Numbered from the stretch's first letter, positions 1 through 9,815 are shown. The stretch is 64,000 bases of DNA from Candidatus Hydrothermales bacterium (GCA_039630575.1 JBCNUW010000006.1:1-64000), one strand, 5' to 3'. A program made the numbers and translations. The notes: generated from the sequence alone by a model not told the origin.

Positions 1-121
1 ACCATGTTTGCCAACGTAATTTTAAAACTATTGAATTTCAATCATCTTCATTTTTAACTTGCTTCACCGAGAAAATTTTGTCTACCTTCACCCTAAAAAT
101 CTCATGAATTACTTTCTCAAA

Positions 122-295
122 TTAAATATATGCCCATTTACTTTTTTTATGATAATAGAACATGTAGGCATACAAACCAAAGAGCACAAAATTTTTTTTT
201 ATTTCAGCACCAAAAATTTCTTCAAATATCTTATCTAAAAAAAATTTCAATCTTTTATCATAAGACTTACTACAAGTGTTTTGTGTGAACTGATC
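122..295 (-). pseudogene. Possible decayed gene fragment, weakly resembling a minimal nucleotidyltransferase N-terminus
   Basis: Manual translation of a stop-bounded frame gives ...DKRLKFFLDKIFEEIFGAEIKKNFVLFGLYAY..., similar to MNT 'IKKIILFGSYARG'. No DxD motif; flanked by broken frames. Confidence 0.2.
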
Positions 296-426
296 TCATC
301 TTATGACTGTTTAATTTGTCAACTCTTTTCCTTTTATTTTGCATATTTCATAATCCTTAAATACTTTTTTATCCTTAACTTTTAAATAAACTTGCTTTTG
401 CCATTTAAAAAATTTAAATGAAGTTA

Positions 427-486
427 AAATTAAAAACTTAGAAAATCAATTATTTTTGAAATTAAAAGACTTAGAAATTAATTTTT
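427..486. repeat. Imperfect direct repeat in AT-rich intergenic DNA
   Basis: AAATTAAAAACTTAGAAA at 427 and AAATTAAAAGACTTAGAAA at 459. The ACTTAGAAA cores are 33 bp apart. Confidence 0.4.
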
Positions 487-522
487 GCCTAAATAAAAAG
501 GGACTAAAAGTTTAGTTAAAGA

Positions 523-903
523 CTATTTTCCTATTTCCTCTTCTCCAAATAATGCTATTTTAAGTACTTCATAAGATAAAAGGGCACATTTCATTCTGAT
601 AGGTGAAAGTTCAAGCCCAAGATTTTCTAAATGTTCCTTCTTTGTAAATCTTCTTAAATCTTCAACTTTCTTTCCCTTAATGTATTCAGTCAGGATTGAA
701 GCAGCGGCTTGTGAAATTGCACATCCTTTACCCCTAAACTTTACATCCTCTATAACTCCATCCTTTATTTTAAACTGCATTTTAATTTCATCCCCACAAT
801 AGGGATTTCCCCCCTCGTACTCTATGTCTGGTTTTTCAATTTCCCCGTAATTCCTCGGGTTTTTATAATGATCAAGTATTACTTCGTATATTTCATCTAT
901 CAT
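523..903 (-). CDS. IscU/SufU (NifU-N) family Fe-S cluster scaffold
   Basis: ILDHYKNPRN, NPYCGD, GCAIS and RMKCALL motifs; three conserved Cys. Confidence 0.93.
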   Translation of the reverse strand: MIDEIYEVILDHYKNPRNYGEIEKPDIEYEGGNPYCGDEIKMQFKIKDGVIEDVKFRGKGCAISQAAASILTEYIKGKKVEDLRRFTKKEHLENLGLELSPIRMKCALLSYEVLKIALFGEEEIGK

Positions 904-913
904 ATTATATATT

Positions 914-2080
914 TTAAACTTTTTCGTAAAGTTTTTTCATTTCATTAATTATTCCTCTTGAAATTACAATTTTCTGTATCTCACTAGTTCCTTCATAGAT
1001 TTCTGTAACTTTTGCTGCTCTAAATAACCTTTGAACATCATGCTCCCTTGAGTATCCAAGAGATCCATGAATCTGAACCGCTTTATCACAAACCCACATT
1101 GCTGTTTCAGCAGCATAAAGTTTCGCCATTGAAGACCATTCCGAAAACCTCTCATTCTTTTGTTTTAAAAATGCTGCTTTGTAAGTCAAAAGTCTTGCTG
1201 CCTCAATTTTTGTCCTCATCTCAGCAAGATAAAACTGAATAGCCTGATGTTCACAGAGCTTCTTACCAAAAGCTTCTCTTTCTAAAGAATACTTAACAGC
1301 ATGCTCAAAAGCACCCTGAGAAATACCAACAGCCTGAGCCGCTATTCCTATCCTGCCTGCATCCAGAATAGACATAGCAATCTTAAACCCTTCTCCCTCA
1401 TTCCCAAGCCTCATCTTTTCAGGTATCCTGTAATCTTCAAAGGTAAGTTCACAAGAATAAGCTGCCCTAATCCCTAACTTCTTCTCCGGTGGAGATTTTA
1501 TTATTCCCTCTTTTTCTGTGTCCACTATAAAACATGTAATCCCGTGATGTTTCTTTTCAGGATCAGTAACCGCAAATAAAAGCACAAACTTTGCATGTGT
1601 GCCGTTTGTAACCCATACCTTCTTACCATTAATTACATAACTTGTCCCATCCTTAACTGCTCTTGTTTTTAAATTCGATGCATCACTTCCAGTATGGGGT
1701 TCTGTTAATGAAAATGCTCCTATTTTTTTACCACTTGCAACTATTGGTAAAATTTCCCTTTTTTGTTCCTCGGTTCCAAATTTGTAAACTCCATAACAAA
1801 AAAGTGAATTGTTTACAGAAAGAATAACACCGTGTGAAGGACAAACTTTTGATATCTCTTCCACAACAATAACATAAGAAAGAGAATCCATACCAGACCC
1901 ACCATATTCTACAGGAATTTCCATCCCCATAAGTCCTAATTCTCCCATTTTCCTTACATTTTCCTCCGGAAAAATCTCTTCCTCATCAATCTTGTTTGCT
2001 ATAGGCTCTATCTCATTTTTCACAAAATCTCTTACCATATCTCTTATCATTCTATGTTCTTCTTTTAATTCAAAATCCAT
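914..2080 (-). CDS. Acyl-CoA dehydrogenase (short/branched-chain type)
   Basis: FSLTEPHTGSDA, GKKVWVTNG, GRIGIAAQAVG, IYEGTSEIQ motifs. Confidence 0.95.
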   Translation of the reverse strand: MDFELKEEHRMIRDMVRDFVKNEIEPIANKIDEEEIFPEENVRKMGELGLMGMEIPVEYGGSGMDSLSYVIVVEEISKVCPSHGVILSVNNSLFCYGVYKFGTEEQKREILPIVASGKKIGAFSLTEPHTGSDASNLKTRAVKDGTSYVINGKKVWVTNGTHAKFVLLFAVTDPEKKHHGITCFIVDTEKEGIIKSPPEKKLGIRAAYSCELTFEDYRIPEKMRLGNEGEGFKIAMSILDAGRIGIAAQAVGISQGAFEHAVKYSLEREAFGKKLCEHQAIQFYLAEMRTKIEAARLLTYKAAFLKQKNERFSEWSSMAKLYAAETAMWVCDKAVQIHGSLGYSREHDVQRLFRAAKVTEIYEGTSEIQKIVISRGIINEMKKLYEKV

Positions 2081-2132
2081 AATTTATACTTAATTTTATA
2101 AAGGAATCGAACCTTTTAAAATTACACTTATA

Positions 2133-4187
2133 CTATTTTAATTTTAAAAATTTTCTCTTAACTTTCTTATCATCTGCTTTTACTATTAAAAAGTAAATAT
2201 TTCTTCTTTGAGGTAAATTCATAGAAAAAATACCGTTTCCAAATAATCCCTCAAACTCATTTAACTTTCTACCTTGTAAATCAAAAACTGAGACTTTTAT
2301 TCTCTTATCCCTTGGTATCAAAAAACTTACGTATTTAACAGCTTTTTCTCTTTCAACGATTCCTGAACTAACCTCTAAAATTATCATAGCATAGCCTGTA
2401 TCACCATTTATATCTGATGTTATAACCTTAAAAAGATAGGTATCATTAGGACTAAAAGGACCATTTATTGAATAAAAAACTAAATCACCCTTTAATGAAT
2501 CAGGAACTGATTTAAAAATTAAACTTCTATTTTTAAAACACTTTAATGAATCATAAACAGGAAAAAACTCTTTTCTTTTTGCTACTAATAAAATTTTTGT
2601 AGTTGTATCATGTATTATATTAGGTACTGTGAAAATTGTATCATATAAAGGTTTTACATTTAAAACATTTATACTTAAAGTATCTGTATAGTACATTTTG
2701 TTATAGCTATCCCAAACCCTCAAATGAACCTTTATAGTCTGAGAACCAGTATCAATTGGTGGAGAAATATTTACTTCATATGTATCACCACCTATGTTTA
2801 CTCCAGAAAATTTTCTTAATATTCCTGTGTTTAAATAGAATGTATCTGCTATTATGTAATCTCCTTGCGGAATTTTATCTACAAGTATTGCTTTAAATTT
2901 AACATTTGTAGTTTCATTTAAAAATGAAGGAATTGTAATAAACTCAACAACAGAAGGAGGGATATTACAAGGTGACCACGGTACAGAAGATCTCTGAATA
3001 AAAAAATCATTAGCTGGTAAATTTGTGTTTTTTGTAACAGGTATTCTCTCTATTGTTCTTTGGGCAGGTGCAGGAGCAGCATTTGTATTTCCCATATCTC
3101 CACCATTTCCATACCAAACTTGATCAATTTTTGATTTAAAATAATTAAAATATATTGTGTCCTGAAAGGGATTTAAATTACCACCAAAAAGGTGAACATC
3201 ATCACCTGCATTTGCAAGGAAAATACCACTTCCACTATAGGAAATATAATATACGTTTGAAAGAGGCGGAACCTCTGATAAATAGTACTTGTTAAAAGTA
3301 TCAATGTTATTAACGAGCATTAAGAAAAAATTCGGTGGAATGAAAAGATCCATACCTAATCTTATTCTCCCTTCACTTGTAGAATAAGGATTTGGATCAT
3401 CAGTAAAAAACCAGAAGGAAACATCAACTGTATCAGAATCAACATTAAAAATCTCAATCCATTCTGAAGAAGGCTCTGGGTATGGTGGATCTGGAAAGAT
3501 TTCGTTTATATAAATTTTACCTTTTCTTTTATATTTTGATATTCTAACAAAGGAATAAATTGTATCAGTATCTGTCCACTCTGCTGCACCTCCATCTGAA
3601 ATCTTTACATCATGGGGAATTATATCAACTGCTGAAGAATTTATTCCACCAGCCACAAATGATGAAATATGCACTGCTTTAAAAGGATCTAAAATCACAA
3701 AAAACTCAAGCTCCTTAAGCCCAGTTATGTTATTACCCGTAAATGAAAATTGATTTACAGGATAATAAATCCATCCAGTACCTGTATATTTTATTAAATT
3801 AGATGATGTTATAGAACCTGATGAACCATCCCACCAGAAATAAATTTCATAATCGATACTGTAGTTATAGACATTTTTGTTACCACTAAAAGTTATTAAC
3901 CTATTCCAGGCATCAAAATTACCTCTTGTATAATCAAAACCAGAATTTAACAATTTATCAATATCAATCGAAAAACCGTAAGCTACATCCCAGCTGGAAG
4001 TATTTGAAGTCTTTAAAGCTAAAAACAAAGTATCCCTCGAAAAAAAACAATAAAGAGTATCTATGTTCGCTCCCTGTATTCCCTGAAAATTTCTTGACCA
4101 CCCTAATATCTCCCATCCTTCTGATTGATTTATATCCCCATCTATTAAAGGTGATACTATTAAAAAAAACACAAAAATTACATTCAT
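2133..4187 (-). CDS. Secreted multidomain protein with lamin-tail domain and T9SS type-A-like C-terminal tail
   Basis: Hydrophobic N-terminus; IYINEIFPDP...SEWIEIFN...LANAGDDV (LTD); C-terminal VFDLQGRKL...IYFLIV...KRKFLKLK; SD GGAGG upstream. Confidence 0.7.
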   Translation of the reverse strand: MNVIFVFFLIVSPLIDGDINQSEGWEILGWSRNFQGIQGANIDTLYCFFSRDTLFLALKTSNTSSWDVAYGFSIDIDKLLNSGFDYTRGNFDAWNRLITFSGNKNVYNYSIDYEIYFWWDGSSGSITSSNLIKYTGTGWIYYPVNQFSFTGNNITGLKELEFFVILDPFKAVHISSFVAGGINSSAVDIIPHDVKISDGGAAEWTDTDTIYSFVRISKYKRKGKIYINEIFPDPPYPEPSSEWIEIFNVDSDTVDVSFWFFTDDPNPYSTSEGRIRLGMDLFIPPNFFLMLVNNIDTFNKYYLSEVPPLSNVYYISYSGSGIFLANAGDDVHLFGGNLNPFQDTIYFNYFKSKIDQVWYGNGGDMGNTNAAPAPAQRTIERIPVTKNTNLPANDFFIQRSSVPWSPCNIPPSVVEFITIPSFLNETTNVKFKAILVDKIPQGDYIIADTFYLNTGILRKFSGVNIGGDTYEVNISPPIDTGSQTIKVHLRVWDSYNKMYYTDTLSINVLNVKPLYDTIFTVPNIIHDTTTKILLVAKRKEFFPVYDSLKCFKNRSLIFKSVPDSLKGDLVFYSINGPFSPNDTYLFKVITSDINGDTGYAMIILEVSSGIVEREKAVKYVSFLIPRDKRIKVSVFDLQGRKLNEFEGLFGNGIFSMNLPQRRNIYFLIVKADDKKVKRKFLKLK

Positions 4188-4222
4188 AACTTCCTCCCTA
4201 AAAATTATAAGTTAAAAAGTAT

Positions 4223-4252
4223 TTGAATTAAAAGATTTTTTAAAGATATAAT
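4223..4252 (+). promoter_or_regulatory. Putative sigma70 promoter of the rplT-pheST operon
   Basis: TTGAAT-18-TATAAT, followed by SD AGGAGG before the rplT ATG. Confidence 0.6.
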
Positions 4253-4282
4253 TAACTTTTAAAAGAAGAAAGGAGGAAAAAA

Positions 4283-4639
4283 ATGCGCGTGAAGGGTGGT
4301 GTCAAAACAAGAAAAAGACATAAAAAAATTAGAAAGATGGCAAAGGGCTACTACGGTCAAAAATCAAGCACTTTTAAAAAAGCAAATGAAGCAGTCTTAA
4401 AGTCATTAAGATATTCGTATAAACATAGGAAAGAAAAAAAGAGAGAATTTAGGAAATTGTGGATAACAAGAATAAACGCCCTATGTAGATCTCTCGGTGT
4501 AAGATATAACGAATTTATTAACGCTCTAAATAAAAAGAAAGTTTTAGTTAACAGAAAAATCCTTGCATTCCTCGCAGTAAAAGAGCCTGAAAGCTTTAAA
4601 GAAATAGTCAAAAATGTGATGGCACTTGATGGAAGTTGA
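4283..4639 (+). CDS. rplT: 50S ribosomal protein L20
   Basis: MRVKGG...KGYYG...KKREFRKLWITRINA...NRKILAFLAV. Confidence 0.98.
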   Translation: MRVKGGVKTRKRHKKIRKMAKGYYGQKSSTFKKANEAVLKSLRYSYKHRKEKKREFRKLWITRINALCRSLGVRYNEFINALNKKKVLVNRKILAFLAVKEPESFKEIVKNVMALDGS

Positions 4640-5612
4640 GAAATTAAAAGAAGAAATAGAGACTGAATTAAGAAATGTTAAAAATGCTCTTGATTTAGAA
4701 AAGTTAAGAATTAAATATCTCGGAAGAAAAGGACTAATAAAGGAATTATTTGATAAACTAAAGGAAATTGAACCTAATAAAAGAAAAGAACTTGGAAGAG
4801 CTCTTAATGAGTTAAAAAATTTTCTTGAAAATGAAATAGAAATAAGAAAAAAAAACTTCGAAATTAAAAAGAAAAAGGAAATAGATCCAACCCTACCCGG
4901 TATTTTAAAACAAAGGGGATATTTACATGTTCTTAAAGAAGAAATAAGAAAAATGGAAGAAATCTTTGTAGGTCTTGGTTTTGAAGTTGAAACAGGTCCT
5001 GAAATAGAATCAGAGTTCAATAACTTCGAAGCCCTTAACATACCAGAATGGCACCCAGCAAGAGATATGCAAGCAACTCTCTTCCTTGAGAAAAAAGAGT
5101 TGCTACTTAGAACTCACACCTCCCCAATTCAAATTAGAACAATGTTAAGAAAAAAACCTCCTATAAGAATAATTGCTCCAGGAAGAGTATATAGACGTGA
5201 CAACTTTGATGCATCCCATTCACCTGTATTTCATCAAGTTGAAGGTCTTTATATAAACAAAAAGGTAAGCTTTTCTAATTTAAAGGGAACTTTAGAGCTT
5301 TTTCTTAAAGAATACTTTGAAAAAAAGGACCTTATAATTAAATTTGAACCATCTTACTTTCCTTTTACAGAACCCTCTGCTGAAGTTTCAATCTTATGGG
5401 AAACACCTGAGGGTGAAAAATTTTTAGAAATAGCAGGTTGTGGTATGGTTCATCCAAATGTCCTACAAAACTGTAACATTGATCCTGAAGAATGGAACGG
5501 CTATGCCTTCGGAATGGGTGTTGAAAGACTCGTTATGGTCAAATACAAAATACCTGATATAAGACTTTTTTTTGAAAATGAAAGAATCTTTTTAAAACAA
5601 TTCTCGATGTAA
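4626..5612 (+). CDS. pheS: Phenylalanyl-tRNA synthetase alpha subunit
   Basis: HPARDMQ, LLRTHTS, FHQVEGL, YFPFTEPS, GYAFGMGVERL. Confidence 0.98.
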   Translation: MMEVEKLKEEIETELRNVKNALDLEKLRIKYLGRKGLIKELFDKLKEIEPNKRKELGRALNELKNFLENEIEIRKKNFEIKKKKEIDPTLPGILKQRGYLHVLKEEIRKMEEIFVGLGFEVETGPEIESEFNNFEALNIPEWHPARDMQATLFLEKKELLLRTHTSPIQIRTMLRKKPPIRIIAPGRVYRRDNFDASHSPVFHQVEGLYINKKVSFSNLKGTLELFLKEYFEKKDLIIKFEPSYFPFTEPSAEVSILWETPEGEKFLEIAGCGMVHPNVLQNCNIDPEEWNGYAFGMGVERLVMVKYKIPDIRLFFENERIFLKQFSM

Positions 5613-7936
5613 TGAAAATAACTTATAACTGGCTAAAAGATTATATAGATTTAAAAGTTTCACCAAAGGATCTTATAGAAATTTTTAATAAACTGGGAAT
5701 GCCTGTTAAAGAGTTTGTTGATCTATCAAAAGGAAAAGAAAACTTAATGGTTGCTGAAATAGAAAGTATAGAAAGGCACCAAAAGAAAAATAACCTCTTC
5801 ATTTTGAAACTAAAAACAAAAAAGGGTTTATATCAAGTTGTTTCTGGTGCTCCCTTTCTTGAAAAAGGAAAAAAAGTAATTTACGCTCCACCAGGAACCT
5901 TACTTAAAGATTTGAAAGTAGATACAAAATATATTCTAGGAGAAAAATCAGAGGGAACTGTTGTATCAGAGGAAGAACTCGGTCTTTCTGACAAAAGTGA
6001 AACAGTAATTTTTCTTGATGATAAAGTGAATTTAGAAAGTGATCCAAAAGATTTAATTGGCTTAAATGACTTTGTTTTTGATCTTGAAATTTACCCAAAC
6101 AGACCTGACTTACTCTCTTTTATAGGTATTGCAAGAGACCTTTCATCGTATTTAAATCTTGAGTTCAAAATTCCTGAAATAAAAGAAATCAAAGAAGATA
6201 AAATAGACTTTAAAATAGAAATTGACGAAAATACAGGTTGTAACAGGTATGTCGGAATAATTATAAAAAATTTAAAAAAGGTAAAAAGTCCAAATTTCTT
6301 AAGGTATAGACTTTTTTTATGTGGAATCAGATCCATAAATTACCCTGTTGACGTTTCAAATTACGTGTTGCTTGAAACTGGTCACCCTACTCATGTTTTT
6401 GACCTAAAAAAGATTAAAGAAAAAATAATAGTAAGAAACGCAAGAAAAGGAGAGAATCTACTTTGCCTTGACGGAAAAATAAGAGAACTGGATGAAACTG
6501 TTATGGTTATCTCAGATAATGAAAAAGTTCTCGCTTTGGCAGGCATAATAGGAGGAGAAAATTCCGCAGTTACAGATGAAACTGAAGAAGTACTCTGTGA
6601 AAGTGCTTTTTTCGATAAGATAAATATTAGAAAAACAAGTAAAAAACTTAACGTCCAAACAGAGTCATCCTATAGATTTGAAAGAGGTGCTGATTTCAAC
6701 ATGGTAGAATATGCAGCATTGAGATTGAGAGATTTGATAAAGGAACTTTCAGAAGGTATTTCTTTTAAAAAAATTGATGTAATTAGAAACGAGATAAAGC
6801 CAAAGAGAATTTTTCTCAAAGAGAATAAACTAAAAAAAATTCTTGGCAACGAATTTGACTTAGATACTTCCAAAAAAATTCTTGAAAGACTTTATATGAA
6901 TTGTACTTTGAAAAACAACATGCTTGAGGTGATAGTTCCAACTTTTAGAAGAGATTTAGAGCTGGAGGAAGATCTGATTGAGGAGATAGCAAGAATTTAT
7001 GGATATGAAAATTTTAAATCAGAGGCAGAAGAGATTTCCTCCTTTGTTGGAAAAAGAGATTCATTTCAGGATAAGATAAGAGATTATTTTAAAGGCGAGG
7101 GCTTTCTCGAATGTGTTTCAATATCATTAATTGATGAAAGAGAAGCAAAGTTGTTTTCGGAAAAAGTTTTAAAAATAAAAAATCCACTTTCAGAAAGGTT
7201 TGAAGTTTTAAGACCTTCACTTCTACCTTCTCTTTTAAATTCCTTAAAAAATAACTTAAGAAGAGGAGAAAAAGTAAGGAAATTTTTTGAAATTGGAAAA
7301 GTTTTCTATGAAGATTTTTCTGAAGAAGAAAAAATGGGTTTTCTTTTAACAAATTTAAAGGAAGATAACTGGATAAAAGAAAGTAAAGTAGATATATATT
7401 TTGAACTTAAAGGAATTTTGGAATCTTTTCTTGAAAACTTTGAAGATGAAATTTATTTCATTGAAGAGAAGTTACCTATTTTTAATTATTCAACATCTAT
7501 TTTAATTAATGAAGAGAAAATAGGGTATATTGGTGAAGTGAAGGAAGAAATTCTTAGTTTTTATGATCTTAAGTTAGAAGCTGTATATTCAGAACTAAAC
7601 ATTAATAAATTAACTTTTAAAAGAGATTTTACCTTTAAAGCATTACCTATTTATCCTTCTCTTTCAAGGGATCTTTCCTTTGTAGGACCTGAAAATGTGA
7701 ATGCTTCAGAAATTATAAGGATACTTAAAAAAATGAAAAATGAAACATTAATTGAAAGATTTATTCTTTTTGATGTTTATAAAGGTAAACCTCTAAAGGA
7801 AGGAGAGAAAAATTTTACTTTCAGAGTTTTTTTTAGAAGTAAAGATAAGACCCTCTCTGAAAGGGAAGTGGATAAGGAAGTTGAGAGAATAGTAAAATAT
7901 GTAGAAAAACATGTTGGTTTTAAATTAAGGGGATGA
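5612..7936 (+). CDS. pheT: Phenylalanyl-tRNA synthetase beta subunit
   Basis: NRPDLLS, SSYRFERG, EEDLIEEIARIYGY, C-terminal FDX-ACB domain; TAATG overlap with pheS. Confidence 0.97.
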   Translation: MKITYNWLKDYIDLKVSPKDLIEIFNKLGMPVKEFVDLSKGKENLMVAEIESIERHQKKNNLFILKLKTKKGLYQVVSGAPFLEKGKKVIYAPPGTLLKDLKVDTKYILGEKSEGTVVSEEELGLSDKSETVIFLDDKVNLESDPKDLIGLNDFVFDLEIYPNRPDLLSFIGIARDLSSYLNLEFKIPEIKEIKEDKIDFKIEIDENTGCNRYVGIIIKNLKKVKSPNFLRYRLFLCGIRSINYPVDVSNYVLLETGHPTHVFDLKKIKEKIIVRNARKGENLLCLDGKIRELDETVMVISDNEKVLALAGIIGGENSAVTDETEEVLCESAFFDKINIRKTSKKLNVQTESSYRFERGADFNMVEYAALRLRDLIKELSEGISFKKIDVIRNEIKPKRIFLKENKLKKILGNEFDLDTSKKILERLYMNCTLKNNMLEVIVPTFRRDLELEEDLIEEIARIYGYENFKSEAEEISSFVGKRDSFQDKIRDYFKGEGFLECVSISLIDEREAKLFSEKVLKIKNPLSERFEVLRPSLLPSLLNSLKNNLRRGEKVRKFFEIGKVFYEDFSEEEKMGFLLTNLKEDNWIKESKVDIYFELKGILESFLENFEDEIYFIEEKLPIFNYSTSILINEEKIGYIGEVKEEILSFYDLKLEAVYSELNINKLTFKRDFTFKALPIYPSLSRDLSFVGPENVNASEIIRILKKMKNETLIERFILFDVYKGKPLKEGEKNFTFRVFFRSKDKTLSEREVDKEVERIVKYVEKHVGFKLRG

Positions 7937-7939
7937 TGT

Positions 7940-7979
7940 TTATTTACTTTTTGGTTTTGAAAACTAAAGGGGTAAATAA
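7940..7979 (+). other. Long RNA hairpin downstream of pheT (possible terminator, attenuator or processing site)
   Basis: TTATTTACTTTTTGGTTT-TGA-AAACTAAAGGGGTAAATAA: about 18 pairs including G-U, one bulge, no U-tract. Confidence 0.45.
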
Positions 7980-8046
7980 TAGAAAGTCGATGATTTAGCT
8001 ATAAGGGTTCAATTCCCATCTGTCGTATTTCTTAAGGAGGAAAAAG

Positions 8047-8226
8047 ATGGATGAAACTTTATTTATGCTTGAAAGTAAAATTGAAGAGTTGATTTTAAAA
8101 TTAAAGGAATTTAAGGAAAGATGTGATACCTTGGAAAAGGAAAATTCTGAATTAAAGGAAAAACTGAAAGACGTTCTTAACAAAATAGAAAATTTAGTCA
8201 ACAAAATAAAAGATGTTGAAATATAG
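8047..8226 (+). CDS. Small coiled-coil protein, ZapB-like (59 aa, absent from the ORF track)
   Basis: SD AAGGAGG; MDETLFMLESKIEELILKLKEFKERCDTLEKENSELKEKL... heptad pattern; lies between pheT and zapA. Confidence 0.8.
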   Translation: MDETLFMLESKIEELILKLKEFKERCDTLEKENSELKEKLKDVLNKIENLVNKIKDVEI

Positions 8227-8241
8227 AGATAAAAATAAAGC

Positions 8242-8505
8242 ATGGAAAGAATTAGAGAAGTTATTATAAAGGGTAAAAGATATGAGGTCGAAACAGATTT
8301 AAGTGACGAAGATTTAAAAAGTGTAGTGGAAATTGTTAATAATACAATCCTTGAATGTGAGAGAGAAACATCATCACAGGATTTTGAAATAATAAGTATA
8401 ATGGCTCTTCTTTCTCTTGCTGAGAAGCTTTTTTTTTGTGAAAAAAGATTTAACATGACACAGAAGAAAGTATCAAGTCTTTTTAAAAAATTAGAAAACA
8501 TATAA
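8242..8505 (+). CDS. zapA: Cell division protein ZapA family
   Basis: REVIIKGKRYEV beta-hairpin and ISIMALLSLAEKL helix; pheT-zapB-zapA-rny synteny. Confidence 0.75.
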   Translation: MERIREVIIKGKRYEVETDLSDEDLKSVVEIVNNTILECERETSSQDFEIISIMALLSLAEKLFFCEKRFNMTQKKVSSLFKKLENI

Positions 8506-8522
8506 AATGAGGGAGAGAAAAT

Positions 8523-9815
8523 ATGCTTTTTCAGGAAAAAGAAAAAGAAAAAATATTGTCGCCTTTAGCTTTGCGTATTGCACCGAAAACCTTAGAGGAT
8601 TTTGTTGGACAGGAGCATATTATTGGAGAAAATGCTCCACTTAGAAAATTAATTGAGAAAGGAAAATTATTTTCATGCATATTTTATGGGCCTCCAGGAG
8701 TTGGTAAGACAAGTCTTGCAAGACTAATAGCTAAATATATAGACTCCCCATTTTATCACCTAAACGCCTCAACTGTTGGTGTCAAAGAAGTAAGGAAAGT
8801 TTTAGAAGAAGCTGAAAGGTTCTTTAAATTAAAAGGAAAAAGGGTTTTACTTTTTATAGATGAAATCCATCGATTTAATAGATTGCAACAAGAGATACTT
8901 TTATCCTATATTGAAGAGGGTAAAATAATATTTGTTGGTGCCCTTATACTGAATCCATTTTTTGTATTAGATAAAGCACTTATTTCAAGAACATACATAT
9001 TTGAATTTAAACCCTTAAAAGAAGAAGACATTTTAAAAATACTTAAGAAAGCCTTAAAGGAATATCCTGAGATTAAAATCGATGAGAATTTGATAAGAAA
9101 GATTGCCAAAAATTCAGAGGGTGATGCAAGAAGATCTGTTAATTTTATAGAAATGCTTATTGAGGCAAAAAATTGTAAGGGTGAAATAAATGATGAGGAT
9201 CTTGAGAATTTCAAGTTATATTTCCGTTATGATCGGAAACATGACGAACATTATGATTTTGTCTCAGCTTATATAAAGTCAATGAGAGCCCAAGATGCTG
9301 ATGCAGCTCTCTATTATCTTTTCAGAATGCTTGAAGCAGGGGAGGATCCTAGGTTCATTTTTCGAAGAATGTTAATTTTTGCAAGCGAAGATATTGGATT
9401 ATCTGATCCTCAGGCTGTAATTCTTGTTAACTCCCTTAAAGATGCCTTTGAAACAGTTGGAATGCCTGAAGGTGAATTTTTTCTTACGATGGGAACAATA
9501 TACCTTTCTCTTACGTCAAAATCAAACAGTATACTGATCTCTATGAATAATGCGAAAAAGTTAGTAAAAGAAAATAAAATTGCTGAACTCCCAGCCTTTT
9601 TAAGGGATGCAAGTTACCCCTCTGCAAAAATACTTGGTAGAGGGGAAGGTTACATTTATCCACATGAAAGTTCTGACGCTCTTTCACAACAATATATGAA
9701 GAAATTTTATCCAATTGTTTTTTTAAAAGGAATCGGAAAGGAAAAGGAGCTACTTTTGAAATTAAACGAATTGAGGGAAAAAAGATACAAATTTAAAAAA
9801 GGAGGAGAAATATGA
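8523..9815 (+). CDS. rarA: Replication-associated recombination protein A (AAA+)
   Basis: GPPGVGKT, FIDEIHRFN, HYDFVSAYIKSMR, ASEDIG, YIYPH. Confidence 0.95.
   Translation: MLFQEKEKEKILSPLALRIAPKTLEDFVGQEHIIGENAPLRKLIEKGKLFSCIFYGPPGVGKTSLARLIAKYIDSPFYHLNASTVGVKEVRKVLEEAERFFKLKGKRVLLFIDEIHRFNRLQQEILLSYIEEGKIIFVGALILNPFFVLDKALISRTYIFEFKPLKEEDILKILKKALKEYPEIKIDENLIRKIAKNSEGDARRSVNFIEMLIEAKNCKGEINDEDLENFKLYFRYDRKHDEHYDFVSAYIKSMRAQDADAALYYLFRMLEAGEDPRFIFRRMLIFASEDIGLSDPQAVILVNSLKDAFETVGMPEGEFFLTMGTIYLSLTSKSNSILISMNNAKKLVKENKIAELPAFLRDASYPSAKILGRGEGYIYPHESSDALSQQYMKKFYPIVFLKGIGKEKELLLKLNELREKRYKFKKGGEI

Noticed and set aside
1..360. ATTTCAATC at 35 and 244, resembling reversed CRISPR repeat ends
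   Set aside because: Only two short matches with no regular repeat-spacer period; expected by chance in AT-rich DNA.
4357..7352. Several short minus-strand ORFs over rplT/pheS/pheT, and similar ones over rarA, cheA, cheC, the TPR genes and gmhA
   Set aside because: Ser/Phe/Leu-rich antisense shadows of well-supported genes with no motifs.
8003..8018. tRNA gene or attachment-site remnant at GGGTTCAATTCCC
   Set aside because: Only a 3-bp stem, with no acceptor, D or anticodon arms and no integrase nearby; kept only as a leader motif.
7995..8501. 168-aa minus-strand ORF
   Set aside because: Antisense shadow of the zapB-like gene and zapA, which have SD or synteny support.
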